Below, one piece after another: positions 48,856-62,470 of a stretch of DNA of 64,000 nt (within the stretch, counting starts at the first letter, position 1; the number at the start of each line of letters is the position of its first letter). Position numbers and translations under genes: made by a program. The notes beneath the pieces are model-generated. The model was not told the origin of the DNA. It made no database searches and saw only the letters and a list, made by a program, of their open reading frames with translations. The DNA comes from Antedon mediterranea (lineage: Eukaryota; Animalia; Echinodermata): positions 13,685,432 to 13,749,431 of the forward strand of contig NC_092679.1 of assembly GCF_964355755.1 (NCBI RefSeq), written 5' to 3'.

Positions 48856-49896
48856 ATAAAAATATGGTATAAAAATATCTAAAGCTGATCTGTATATTAC
48901 TGTACTATAAAAACAATCAGGTCCAGTGCGGTAGACAAATCATCAAACTGATGTGATTCCTAGGCCAAAGGAGTGCCCTTTCTAGATAAAGTGCAGCGGG
49001 AAATTCAAATTGTCAATGGTACACGTATGTCATTCAACACTCGAAAGGTGACCTAGCGGAGCTCGTTATTGAATGTCCGCACAGTACGACAGTCCGTTCG
49101 GATACAACCGTAGCACAATCGTTATAATAGACCAATGAAAGTAAGCATATAAACGAAAACAAGATTATCAAATGCCTGAATAATAAAATACAATGATGAC
49201 TGTAGCAAAATAAATGGCGTCAAACAGATGGCATTGAGCTTGAGCATGTAGCCTACATGAAAATGTGATCATTTTGTTATAGGGCCTAACTAACTGGGAA
49301 GTATTAACCTCTGTGTATCCCTACAGCATCTATAGAGATTGTTCATCCAAAAGGACGAAAATTTATAAATAAATAACCTACTGTAATATATAATAATAAT
49401 ATTCATTAGTAGTTTAATGACAAAATCAGTAGCATTAGCATAACAATTGCTTTAGAGTGAACATTACCTATTATTATTGAAACCAGATGGAATTGTGTTC
49501 ACAGTTATAAACAGTTACACCAAGGAAAATCCATCGGTTTCGTTTTTGTTTTAAACAAGTTTGCAATTATGTGTCTTGAAAGTATTATTTTGATCACATG
49601 ATGTCCATACATGTTTCTTTTCATTCGGACCATCAAAGCTTTGAATTGTCGCTGTCATCCACTGTCATAATGCGAAGTTAGACTATGCTTTAATTAGGAA
49701 TTAGAATACACTCTATATAATGAATACATTTAGTTTATTCTGTGACAGTACTCAGTTCACTAAAACGAAACTTGGCTCTGGGTTTTCACCACGTTCTCGG
49801 AATACATACATCATAAGAGTAACTTTCTATCAATTAAATTTAAATCATTAAAACAGTTTCTGATACTTTGAATTCCTATACCACTGTTTTGTTTGT

Positions 49897-50726
49897 CTAT
49901 TGCCTAGATCCTTTGTAATTTCGACGTAAACTGCTGCTCTGATTTTGAGGTCGTGTCATGTCTGGTGGTCTTGGTGCTGTTTTTGAGGGTTTTGCTATTT
50001 TTCCTGTGGCATTTATTGATGGTAATGTCAAACTAGTATGTTCGTCGTCACTGGGAAGACGACTTGCACTCAGCCGTGGTGGGCTCAGTTGTGGTCTATT
50101 TGTTAGTCGTCCATTTGGTGGTTGCTTCCTCGCAGCTTGCTTATCTGTTGCCGTATGTGGACCAATGTTATTCGAAGAAAGTCTTGCAATTTTAGCATTA
50201 TCAAGCGATGGTCTGCTTCCTGGAAATACGGTAGCAGTACGTCCGACGCTTCCATCTGAAAGTTTGTTTCTTGTATCAGAAGTGTAGCGGTTTCCCATCT
50301 TTTGACAGCTTGCAGTCGAGTTGTCTCTATGTAGTCTTTTAATCAGAGGACTAGATTTACCAGAAAGTTCAACCATATCCAGAAGACTTCTCTCGTGCTG
50401 CTTCTTTCTTTGAGGCTTTCTTGTATACTTGATTGAGTCTGCAAAGTAAAATTATAAGTTACACTTTTAATTAGGTCTTGTTTCATTTCAACCCATTTAA
50501 GCTAATGCATAGTAGACTGGTTTGACTCCATCTCAAAGTAAAAATATTTTGTTACACTTTTAGTTAGGTCTTGTTTCATTTGAACACTCTCTCATTTCAA
50601 TCTAAACTAAAGCACGGTGGACTTGTTTGACTCCATATCCTACATATTAGTGGTATCCTACATGGTTCTGAATTGGGAGACATGTGCTTTACCTTCATTG
50701 TTAGAGAATCCTATTTTAGATGACAT
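49897..50726 (-). CDS. Small two-coding-exon gene, about 191 aa, basic Ser/Arg/Pro-rich and probably disordered; function unknown
   Basis: Exon 50771-50693 (tttcag|...|gtaaag) with ATG at 50726 (MSSKIGFSNNE), spliced in phase 1 to 50438-49897 (tttgcag|), in frame with the 159-aa ORF. Confidence 0.6.
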
Positions 50727-50837
50727 CAAGTCACACCCAGAAGTGACATCTGAAGGATGCACATCAAAGATCTGAAAATCTGTGTTTGATCTATTTCTAC
50801 GATCGTCAGATAATCTATATAAGAAGACATGGATTTA

Positions 50838-52219
50838 TCTATATTATAAGTGAGAGAGTTTGTCTGTTTGTCTGTCTGTTTGTTTGTTTGTCTGTTTGTT
50901 CGTTATACAAATTTTTGTTACTGCACGTAATCTTACATATGGGGTATCAAAATGACCGAAACTGTACCGGGAATGTTCTAAGCTATATTTCAACATCATC
51001 CGCAACTTAGGATCCATGTTAGGGACCAAAATGTGGTCAAAACCCCCACTTTCAATGTTTGTTCGTTATACAAATTTCTGTTTCTGCACGTAACCATACG
51101 TATGGGGTATCAAAATGATGGCAATTGTACCCGGAAGGTTTTAAACTACATTTAAAAAAATTCCCCCGAATCCTGGGGTTTTTGTGGGAGGGGTGGGGGC
51201 GGGGGGTGGTGTGGTGGTTTGTGATGTCATTTTTTGCTAGGGCTCGGGGTTGTAGGCTATCGAATTGTAAAATTATACTACAAAAGTTTTACAGTATTTG
51301 AATTATCCTCAGCAAGGTGTTTGGGGAAATATAGATATAGATATACATATTTTATTCATTAACCAATATGACACCTATTCAATTAAACATTTAGCAAAGT
51401 ACTTTAACCATATCCAGCTATGTATCGGCCTCCTGGATTGTCTCATTACAGACATCCATTCCTGTGTGAACGTACACACGTTCTTTACTGTTACTGTGTT
51501 CAACTACATCACCATGCCTCCAAGAAAAAAACGCCCATTGTGAGGGAGGGGCGTTGGGAGATAGAGTACAGGAGACAGTGGGATTTTGCTTAGGCTAGGA
51601 GATAGTGTGGATTTTGCTTAGGTCAGAATTGTGGTTGGAAATTGTTAAAGTATTTAATTATCCCTGGGAAGCGGCTGGGAGTTTGGGGTGGGGGTGTTAG
51701 GCTATCACCATGACTGAAACTGTATTTGGAATGTTTTAAATTTGAAAACTGCCACTGAGGGATTATGGGTTGGGAGTGATAATAACATAATTTGTACTGG
51801 AACCGTCTTCAACACATCACCCAGTGTATCTGGGGTGTGTTTGTAGGGGGAGGAGGAGCGAAAATACCAGCGTAATGAAGTAGCCTATATGATTGGAATT
51901 GTACTAGGAACAGTTACTATTCAACTGTCCAGGACAGGAGTTAAGGATTGTTGATTGTGGCTGGGGTGGTGAAAGGAGAAAGAATGCTGGGGGACCGCAG
52001 TATCTAAATTAGATATTTTAGTTATCAGCCAATATGACACCTATTCATTTACACAATTTACAACGTACTTCAACCATTATTAGACCCATCATAGCTATGT
52101 ATACTCCTTTCAATTTGAAGCTTAGGTTGAATTGAATTTGTCCATCACTCGAAAGAATTTGTACTGAGAAGGCTTTAAACTCATTTTGAAACCCGCCCTG
52201 GGGCGGGTAAAATTGCTAG
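50838..52219 (+). mobile_element. Canonical non-autonomous Helitron (family C)
   Basis: A|TCTATATT...(tgtt/tgtc)n; 3' hairpin acccgccc-tg-gggcgggt, 7-nt spacer, CTAG|T. Confidence 0.88.
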
Positions 52220-52426
52220 TAAACTATAATATTGGTCTAAATGATTTCGGTACAAATAACTAAATACGGTTATGTATGTAGGCCTATATTGAATTGGCGT
52301 GTAGTGTACCTAGGCTAAAAAAGCATTGATACAAAACATCGTTCAAAAAATGTTTCAAAACACAAATCTTTTATCTATTTATTTAATTATACATGCTATT
52401 GAAATTTCATTTATACTATAACTTAC

Positions 52427-52600
52427 CGTTTGTTTTTTCGTGAATCCATTAGTAAATTAGTGAAATATTTTCGGAGAAATTGTAAGACAGTGTAAGTTTG
52501 TTTGCTTTTAGACGTTTTTATGCAGTAGTAGTTACTATACTAATGCCAAACGTATACAATGGCAACAATCACGCGCTGTGCGCGTTACCATGGCTGGAAG
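52427..52600 (-). promoter_or_regulatory. Putative 5' exon/promoter copy 1 of the small gene
   Basis: ATGGATTCACGAAAAAACAAACG|gtaagt donor, with a CpG-containing patch and RFX-like half sites (atggcaac, gttaccatgg) upstream. Confidence 0.45.
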
Positions 52601-52689
52601 TGGGAGCATGCGCATTAATGCACTGTAATCTGCAGCTGTGATATGATGTGTGGCAAACAAGTATAACATGAACTTACATTGTTATAAAT

Positions 52690-53470
52690 AAACAAGACCA
52701 TATACATGGCTGCAGTCGCGTGTGCAAAATTGAGTCAGTGTTTACCGACCGACCGACCTACCAACCGATCGACATAGTTAGCTATAGAGTAGCGTTTGCA
52801 CGCGATTAAATTAAATAAGTAATTAAATTAAAAACATTTATATTTGCCTCCAAGTATTAATATCCACTGTCAAAATAACGAAAAAAACATGAATATGAGT
52901 TAGTGTTTACCGACCGACCAACCGAAATTGTGAAAATGTTAAAAAATGTTGAACAAATTTTAAAAACATTTATATTTGCCTCCAAGTATTAATATCCACT
53001 GTCAAAATAACGAAAAAATATGAATATGAGTTTGTGTTTACACCGATCGACTGACCGATATAGTGAGCTACTAAAAAAAACGAAAGAAATATGAATATGA
53101 GTTAGTATTTACCGAACGACTAACAGACCGAAAAAAAACACCATTTTTTAAACATTTATATTTGCCTCCAAGTATTACTATCCAGTGTCAAATTAAAGAA
53201 AAAATATGAATATGAGTTTAGTGTTTAGCTGAAAATGCTGAAAAATTGTTTTAAACACTTATGTTGGCCTCCAAATATTAATATCCAGTGTCAAATTAAA
53301 AAAAAAATATGATTATGTGTTTAGTGTTTACCGACCGACCGACCAACCTACCGAATTTTCTAAAGATGTAAAAAAATGTTGAAAAATGTTAAAAAACATT
53401 CATTATAATATTTGACTCCAAGTATTAATATCCACTGTCAAAATAAGGAGGAAAAATATGAATATGAGTT
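52690..53470 (+). repeat. Tandem array (about 110-140 bp units) of repeat family B
   Basis: Repeating catttatatttgcctccaagtattaatatccactgtcaaaat...tgaatatgagtt...tttaccgaccgacc. Confidence 0.85.
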
Positions 53471-53876
53471 TCAATTAAATAAATAACCGATTAGCAAACG
53501 ATACAGTACGGTAGTATGTTGCTATGAGTATAATTATCATACCGACTAACTGCTATTTATTTGATATAATACAGATTCCATCGATCAATATCTAATGTAA
53601 ATGTAAATGCTTGCTTTTTTACATGATCATACAATGGAGTGTGTGCATTTTGTTACATTAAATAAATTTAAAAATGTATAATTAGTAAAACAAAATAGCA
53701 TTAAATTTAGAGAGGATAAATTAGTTTGAAAGTAGAAAATACAGGTTTCATTTCTAGATACAAAATCTACTTTTAATAGGATAGGGGTTATGCCTAGTTT
53801 CGATGTAAATGTTGTATGACTTATGAATTCTATCAGAATGAGATAGAATGAAAATCAATACAGAATAAATACTTAC

Positions 53877-54030
53877 CGTTTGTTTTTTCGTGATTCCATT
53901 GTATATTTTGTTAGAATTAAATCCGAGAAACTATAGTATAATTGCCTATGATTATAATGCAGTTTGTATAGTATGTTGTTGCTAACGCTATTTACGTATA
54001 CAAACGCGCGCTACGTGCATTGCTAAAGAG
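53877..54030 (-). promoter_or_regulatory. Putative 5' exon/promoter copy 2 of the small gene
   Basis: ATGGAATCACGAAAAAACAAACG|gtaagt, nearly identical to 52421-52449; shares the acgtatacaa and cgcgct motifs. Confidence 0.42.
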
Positions 54031-54999
54031 ATATTTGATCATTCTCATTAATACATTGTGTTCTCAAATATACCTACCGTTTTCACTTATTTTCTTAATA
54101 TTCATTCGAATAAACTCCCATGGGCGTGTATTGCTAAGGATGGTTTTTAGAGGGTAGGGCTATTCGAGGGGAAGGCGTTTATTTTTTGGGTGTAATTATG
54201 TACAATCAAATAAATACCCCCTAAATATAAATAAGTAAAACACAATTAATATCGGGAAGTTATAAAATACAGTAAAAACTGGGGTTATTCGAAGGGAGGG
54301 GAGGTAGGCGTTTATTCAAAATGATGTTCTATGGGGTGAAATCTCAAAAAACTCAATAACTTTTTTTTTTCACAAATTTCTTGATTTTAAACAAAAGCGC
54401 AAACAAAATACACAAGTATTTAAGGCCGTCTGAACATTAATTTTAGAATCGAAATTCGTAAATTGGTTGTCGCATGGCAATATTTCAAAATGTATAAATT
54501 CTTTTATAATTCAAAACAGGCTATATTAATGTGTAAAATCTATTTAAATCAGGGATGAAATTTCACTCTTCCCTGATTTAAATATATTAACCTATCGATC
54601 TATCATTCATACAATGTTGAGTTGAATGCTTACCTCCCTGCTGTTGTCATCATATTAATTGCTATGAATTCATCTAATCAAAACATTATTAAATGAAAGG
54701 CTGTTTGATTGACTGGTGCAGCTAGGTAAACTGTATGTTCCTAGATTTATATATATACGAAATCTTCATGTCACACAAGAATAAAATAAGCCCACCCTCC
54801 TTTATTTTTCAAGATTGGAATACGTTTTAATAATTTAATCGATTCTCGTTTAATGTAAAATAACTGCTGACGATACGCATATTAAAAAATTCAAAAGCTT
54901 TTATTAATCTCTCTCCATATGTTTATAAGTTCAGTAAGTTTTACAAGATCGTAATTATAACCTAAGGTGTATGTGTCATGGTATAGGTGTGGTTGTTCA

Positions 55000-55294
55000 G
55001 AGGGTGTTGCTGTCCTAGGGGCATGGCAGTTGGACTAGAGGGTAGTTGTCCTAGGTGTAGTTTTTCTAGGGGGTAGTTGTCCGGGTGGGAGTTGTCCTAA
55101 GGGGGTAGTTTTCCTAGAGGGTAATTGTCCTAAGGGGTAATTGTTCAGGTGGGAGTTGTCCTAAGCGGGTAGTTTTCCTAGATGGTAATTGTCCAAGAGG
55201 GTAATTGTCCGGGTGGTAGTTGTCCTAGGAGAGTCATTGTCCGGGTGGAGGTTGTCCAGGTGGTAATTGTCCAGGGGTAGTTGTCCGGATACGG
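55000..55294. repeat. About 16-bp G-rich minisatellite (gggtagttgtcctagg), probably one arm of a foldback element
   Basis: Many imperfect copies ending gtagttgtccggatacgg. Confidence 0.8.
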
Positions 55295-56490
55295 AAAAAT
55301 TTAAATGACCGTGAATTGATTGGAGCCTCTTTTCTCGATATATCTAAATGCTTCGACTCCATTGATCACACATATCTACTTACTAAATTGGATAATTATG
55401 GGCTAAAATGTAATTAAATTAAATGGTTCAAAAGTTATCTTTCCCAGCGTAAACAAATAGTTAAATATTCATAATAAATTATCTAAAAAAACAAAAGTCA
55501 AAGTTGGCATACCACAAGGTAGTGTCTTAGGACCAATTTTATTTCTACTATTTATAAATTACCTTCCTCAATATGTATACCCAGCCAGTTTAGTAAAACT
55601 AAACTTATGTTAATTGGAAATCATAATGTCCTCAGTCCTCTCTGAATTCATGTTGGTAGTGAAACCCTCGATGTCGTGAAGAATATCCGGTATCTTGGAC
55701 TTCAAATTGATGAGAATCTATTGGAATGATTCGGCAATTAATTAAAACTATTGGATACAAAATTATTATCCTAAATAAATTGTCTGAAACGCTAAGTGAA
55801 TCTCTTTTAAATATGCTATATCAGCGAAATTCAGCCCTGTATGGACTATGCTATCTCTGTGTGGGGAACTACGTCTCAAAAAAATTAAAATATTCTTTTA
55901 AGGTTACAAAAACTCGAGTTGTAAAAAGTATTTTTTACTTCAAAAACTATCGTGGGATTGATATTATTAAACAAAATAAATGGAAATTGCTAGATGAACG
56001 TAGAGACTACGCTATTGCTTGTATTATGTACAAATGTATACATGGTATTGCACCTCCCCGTATGTGGAACGATATAGAAATGGTTTACGACCAACATGGA
56101 TACTCTACGAGAATATTCCCAATCTCTGAATGTTATACCACCTATGCCAAATTGCTTATTAATGAACGGTTCGCTAAACAGTTCAGGAGCAAAAGTTTGG
56201 AATAAAATACCCGTAAAAATGCAAGATAGTTTGTCTGTAAATAGTTTTAAAATTAATTATAAAAGCATTTCTTAAAAAAATAATTGTATTTCCAGTATTA
56301 TTTTTAAAGTTCTATATTCACTGATTGTTTTATTTATTTATTTATTTTTTTTTTTTATTTCTTGTGTTTTTTTGTTTTATTTTAAGTTGTTTCATTGCAG
56401 GACCATATTGAAAAACAGAATTTTTTTCTTTTCTGAATTATGTTACCTACCCTGCCTAAATATATTTTAATAAACAAAATAAAATAAAAT
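55295..56490 (+). mobile_element. 5'-truncated CR1/L2-group LINE
   Basis: FLDISKCFDSIDH, GIPQGSVLGP, RYLGLQIDENL; (aaaat)n tail. Confidence 0.85.
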
Positions 56491-56572
56491 TTTGCAAAGC
56501 AGGCTCGTTGAGCTTGTGCACTCTTTGTGTTCATAATCAGTGTATCATGTTCTGCATACCTCAATTCAATTC

Positions 56573-59500
56573 AATTCAAATTAACATTTATTTCTTCCAC
56601 AGTAAAATAACAACAAATATCCAATATAAATTGTAAAATGAAGTAAGCGGGCAAAACTAAAAAAGTAACGCCAGATGAAAAACAGAAATTATATTAATCA
56701 AAAGACCTTGTGACGAGCAAGCCCTTAATAAATAATATAAATAAAAATTACCAATTAATTAACGTACACAAACACACAGACAGGACAGGGCAAAAAAGGA
56801 GAAAAGGGGAACAAACGATCATGACGATGACGATGATATAAAAGCTGATGATAATATAAAAAAACATTTTATTAATCATATTTTGACAAAAGAAATTTGT
56901 TTGGCTTTATGAGAGAAAATTTTCCTGGAGGGAGTTGTAATGATTTCAGGAGAAATGTCATTATATAATTTAACACCGCTATAAGCTATAACGGACGTTG
57001 TGTTGGAGCAACGTAAGTTTGGGCTGAGGAAGATGAAGTTTGTTGCAAGTTCTAGTAGAATAGGAGTGAGTGAGTTTTTGAGAAAGAAGCATAAATTGGA
57101 TGGAAGAAGAGAATGCAAAGCTTCGTAAACAAAGATTGTGTAATTTATTAATGTCATGAACAGTCAGTAAATTTAAATTTTATAAAAAAGGGGACCAGAA
57201 TGATCAAGGGGTGGCGAATCACATATAATGCGTACCGCCTACTTTTGGAGCTTATGAATTTGATAGAGATTTGATTTAAAATTATTGGCCAAGACAATAT
57301 TACAATAGGTAATAAAAGGAAGGATAAGAGAAGAATAAATATAATGTAAGATTGAATTAGGAAGGAAAAATGGAAGGCGATAAATATTAACGATACTTTT
57401 GGATATTTTTAATTCAACTTCTTTTATATGTTTTTTAAAATTGAGTTTGTGATCGATTTCAATGCATAGGAATTTGGTGTGCTGGACAAGAGGGATTATT
57501 TAGTCTCCAATTGAGATATTTCCTATTTCATTAGTTCTTGTTTTGTGACGATTTCCGAACAGCATGAAGTTGCATTTCTTAGTATTGATCGACAGTTTAT
57601 TGACATTAAAGTATTCGGTAACATTATTAAGTTCGCGATTAATAGAAAGAAAGAGGGAATCAAGATTTGAATTAGAATAAAATATGGTGGTGTCGCCAGC
57701 GTAAAGGTAGAACGTTAAATTTTTAGATGAGTTTGGTAAATCATTTACATAAAGAAGAAATAAAATGGGACCGAGGAGGGAACCCTGGGGGACACCGCAA
57801 GTAAGATGTTTAAAATTTGAAAGTGAGCAATTAATCTTTGTACATTGATGTTGGTTGCTAAGGTAGTCTTTAAATAGGTTAAGAGAAGATCGGCGGATAC
57901 CGTAATTAATAATTTGGAAATAAGAATACTGTGATTGATAGTATGAAAGGCCTTAGAAAAGGTCAATGAAAATTCCAGTAAAAAAACTTTGCTTTCGATT
58001 GAATCAGATATATTATTTATTAGGTCGATTAAGACGAAGGATGTAGAATATTGTTTTCTAAAACCAAATTTCTTATTGTAAAGGATATTATTTTTTTGAA
58101 ATTATATGTACGATCATAATAATTTTTTTAAGGATTGTTGAAAATAAAGGTAGAATTGATATTGGACGATAGTTATTTCGGGTCACTTTTGTCATCTTTC
58201 TTGAAAATAGGAGTTACTTTAGCAATCTTCATGGCGTTCGGGAATACGCCACAAAGAGAGAGAGAGACAAAGATTAAAAATGTGCGAAAGAGGGAAAAGA
58301 ATTGGGTATATAGATTGCTTCACGACTTTGTTATTGATGTCATCAATGCCAGGAGCATTATTATTCTTAAAGGAGTTAACAGAATTTCTACTTCAACTAC
58401 TGGAAAAAGAAATAACGATTTAATTAACGGGGGATCGAGATATTTATGGAAAGTTTTAGAACCATAATTAGTGATTTTATGAGCTAATTTAGATCCGATA
58501 CTTGTGAAGTTGTCATTAAAAAGATTTGCAGTTTTGAGGGATCTTTAGTTAACTTACCCTCAAAGTTTATTTCAATATTATCGAAGTTATTAGTACTGTT
58601 TTTACGGGGTTTAAGAAGAGAATTGATGACACACCAAGTACCTTTGACGTTGTTTTTTAGTTCGCTAAATTTATTAGAAATCATCTTTCCTTACAGTTTT
58701 AAAAATTAAGTTTAATTCATTACGATAGCGTTTGAATTTAGTTATATTAACATGATTAGGATGTCGGAGGCTTTTGGAATACAGTTTGTGCTTATAATTA
58801 ATTGATTTCAATAAACCATCAGTGATCCAAGGCTTAAGTTTGATTTTCTTTTTAGATTGATTAATAAGAACGAAATACATGTACAGAAAAGAGTATTTGC
58901 TTAAGAATAAATCATATGCTGCGTTGGGGTCCCGGGCATTGATGACATCGTCCCAGGAACAAGTTGATAGGTCAGTGCGAAATTTATTAATATTATTGAC
59001 GTTAATTTGCGTTTTATATTATTATTGTTAATATTAGTTTTAGCTTTACTTGAGATGTTAAAAACAGGGAGATGATCAGTAACATTGCCGATATTTGAAG
59101 ATTCATTTGTAATGATATTGTCTAAAAGCGTATCAGTATCGGAAGTAATCCGTGTAGATCTATGAATAAGATTGATATAAGAATTATTAAAAGGCAATTA
59201 ACAAAATATTTTGTACTATCATCACTCAAATTTTAGTACATCAACATTAAAATCTCCTAAAATATAGATACGCTTGTTTTCTTTGGAAAGTCTTTTAAGT
59301 AATAAATCAAGTTGCTCGTTTAATATGGAATATTAATTATATGAGGCCTACATATGGTACCAACAATTATATTCTTATCATTAGTTTTTATTTCGATAAA
59401 ATGGTATTCACAAAAGTATGGACTGGATGACAAATCCGTTTTAAATGAAAGACCGTCTCTGACATACATAATAATGCCACCACACTTGTACGTACGTGGT

Positions 59501-62410
59501 TTAAAGGTAATAGAGTAATTAGGAATATTAATAAGAGGGTTTTCATGTTTCATCCATGTTTCAGATACAGAAATTACATCAAAATTAAAATTTATAGAAT
59601 ATAGACAGGATGTGAGGTTGTTGAAATATTTTTGGATGCTTCTAGCATTAAATGAATACAAGAAAATTTTCTCTCATAATCCGAATTATAAGTTTGCAAA
59701 AATTCATGTGGTAAATAATACTGGGACAAATTAACATCAGTAAAGTAGTGTTCATCTGGATCAATTATCATTAAAATGTTTATTAGAAGTTGAATAAGGA
59801 TTAAACAAAATATTAGATAATCGATCGGGATTGTTAGCCATTACCGGCATTTAAATGGGAATAGTAGTATAGCAGCATAGTTGAACACGGTTGGAATATA
59901 ACATTTGAACGTTAGATAACTATAATAATAATAACAACAACAGATGAGTTAGTAAATGAATATAATAAAGAAAACATCATAAAGAACGGAATCGTGATAT
60001 TATAATTAAAAAAACTTCGGTTAGCATTGTTAACTACAATATATATTTTAAGGCCTAGAGTGGTCATGAATGTTCAAGCGTTTAAGCCTTTTAGACACCT
60101 GGATAGATCCGACTGATTGCAGACAACCAATTTCTTTGATGCGTTGGTGAGTATGCATTTTCCCATCTTGATTCTAGGTGGATTTGATTGATTTGGCATA
60201 CTTCGTCTTAACGTCTCGTAGTAGTGTCACAAGTGACATAAGTTTTGTATTTATTGTGCAAGTCATTCTTATTTTTCCTTTTGTTTTCATTATTTGAACC
60301 TTTCTTTTGTTTTAGGAAACTATTGTTTGAAGCCAGTGGAGCAGAGTGTTTGTGTGCAGAGAAGGAGTGTGTGGAGGTTGCTGATTGGAGGAGAGGTGTA
60401 AGAGTTGAGTTGGTGTGTGAGTTGCTGATTGGTTGAGAAGGATAAGGTGGTGGTATGTGTGCAATTGAGGGAAGGTTGAGAGGGAGATGAAAATTGAGAG
60501 GAGACAGAGAAGGAGGGCTATGTTATGTGGAAGCAGAAAGGAAGTAAAGTGATATATATGAAGTTAATAAATTGTGGGTTGGAAAGAATTATAATGATAT
60601 AGAGCTGAAGCGGAAAGGAAATAAGGTGATATACATGAAGTTAGTAAATTGTGAGTTGGAAACAATTATGGTGGTATAGAGCTGAAGCAGAAAGGAAATA
60701 AGGTGATATACATGAAGTTATTAGATTGTGAGTTGGAAATAATTATGGTAATATAGAGCTGGAACAGAAATGAAATGAAATAAAGTGATATACATGAAGT
60801 GAATAAATCGAAGAATAACTGTTGAAAATAGCAGAATTAATTGCTTTTAAAGACTTGTTGAAAGTATCGAAGACTGACTTTATTGATACTGATATTACTT
60901 TACGTGGAAAAGGAGAAAGAAATAATTGATCGGGGAGCGGATTGCAGTGCAGAACATCAAGAAACATTTTAACTTTATATTTCATTTATTTATATGTCAG
61001 AAAATAGTTGCAGTTTGAGAAGAATTATAATTGGGAATACAAGCAGAACGGGAGCAGAGGCGTGGGAGTTGTTTAGTTGCAGAATCGTTTTAACTTTTAT
61101 CTTTCGAATTTGTTTTTGTGTCAGCGTAGGAGAAAAGGCAAGAAGGAACGATATTGTGGACATTTATTATTGTTTAATTATTCATCTTGTGATATTATTG
61201 TATTTGGAGGGGGGGGGGGGTTCTTGGATTTATTTGACAATAAGGAGATTGTTGATATTTTGTCTGGAAGGATTGGGAATTTGGGAAAGTGTATACATTG
61301 TGTGGGAATAGGGATACTGTTTCATTGTTTGAGAATTGCTTGGGGTTTTTTTGTGGTTTTTTGGGGGGGGTTTGGATTATAAGAGGAAGAATTGGTTGTC
61401 AAGGATTATTAAAGTTACTTTTTACATTTATATGTGTACAGTTGTGGCTATTTACCGTTGTTTACAGGTGGTTACCAGATATTACATATCCGAAAGAGCC
61501 GTAATTGCGGCTGTGTGACAAGTAGCTTTGAACGTTTTAAAGTCAGGTTTTCGTGCACAAAATATTGAGTGCCTTTGAAACGTTTCTTAGCTTTAGAAAA
61601 TCTCGCTTCTCCTCTTGTAATTGGTAAACTTGATTATGATACTCCTCGGTTTTTTGTTGGTATCGGGGTCTCTTTTCGGTCCCAACCTATGAGATCGATT
61701 AATATCTGTCTCATCAATAGAAACGTTCAGTTTTTCTTTGAAGACCTTTCTTACTTCAATGTCGGTACTTTCATTTAGCGTTTCAGGGACACCATGTGAA
61801 ATTTCGTCTGGAATACTGCTCTGCATTATCGATATCATTTTCTAGCCTTGTAATTCGTTCTTCTAGGTGCCTATCTTAGAGTTAGTTTCGTTAATGTCAA
61901 AATGTAAAAAGGGTCCGATAAGGAGAGTAAGCTTACCGATAATTTCGTCATGAACGACATTAGAAACAGCTTCATCGATTTTTGTCATAAAAGGTGAGTC
62001 AGATGCAAGGCATTTCTGCAATTCTGAGTCAATCATTTCTTTCACATCTAAATCATTAATGCATTCCTTTTGTTTTTCAGGCTGGCTGCTGTCTCCAACA
62101 GAATCTGCCGATTGCTCGTCGGTATCTGCCTTTTTCTTTTTGCTACCTGCCATCGAGTTAGAATTAAATGGAGATAACACAGCAAAGCAAGTTGAAAACG
62201 ACCACAGTCAAGGTATGCACAAGCAAAGTATGCAGTAGTCCGTTGTTTGGTATAGTGTGGGACAGGTGATGCTTAGTAGTTGATCAATACAAGTAAGAGA
62301 TAGCTGTATGCCTAGTAGTTGGGCAAGCTTGAATAGGAATTGGCTAACAATGGTAACCCGGAGCGCGTCGCTCAAACACATCCGTTCACCATGAGAGCTT
62401 GTGTGAATGT
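56573..62410 (-). mobile_element. Near full-length decayed CR1/L2-group LINE (ORF1 + APE-RT ORF2)
   Basis: ORF1 INRSHRLG...PRSIIIKF; APE FNARSI, VSETW, TDHLPVF; KPWIT; RT SKAFHTINH; (ttgaa)n 3' tail at about 56573-56590. Confidence 0.9.
60225..61520. mobile_element. Solo LTR (1296 bp), 5-bp TSD AGTAG, same family as 47380-48586, inserted in LINE ORF1
   Basis: AGTAG|TGTCACA...TGTGACA|AGTAG. Confidence 0.93.
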
Positions 62411-62470
62411 AAATGGCTCAGGCTATATTATTGTGCCAGTTCTGCGGTACATTTCATTTCGAAACCTAAG

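Noticed and set aside
49958-50287. 109-aa plus-strand ORF
   Set aside because: Antisense shadow of the minus-strand coding exon
50791-50810. Minus-strand CTGACGA...GAAA as another hammerhead
   Set aside because: No stem II or stem III can form
47380-61520. One 14-kb LTR retrotransposon bounded by the two LTR copies
   Set aside because: Each copy has its own TSD and no gag-pol lies between them
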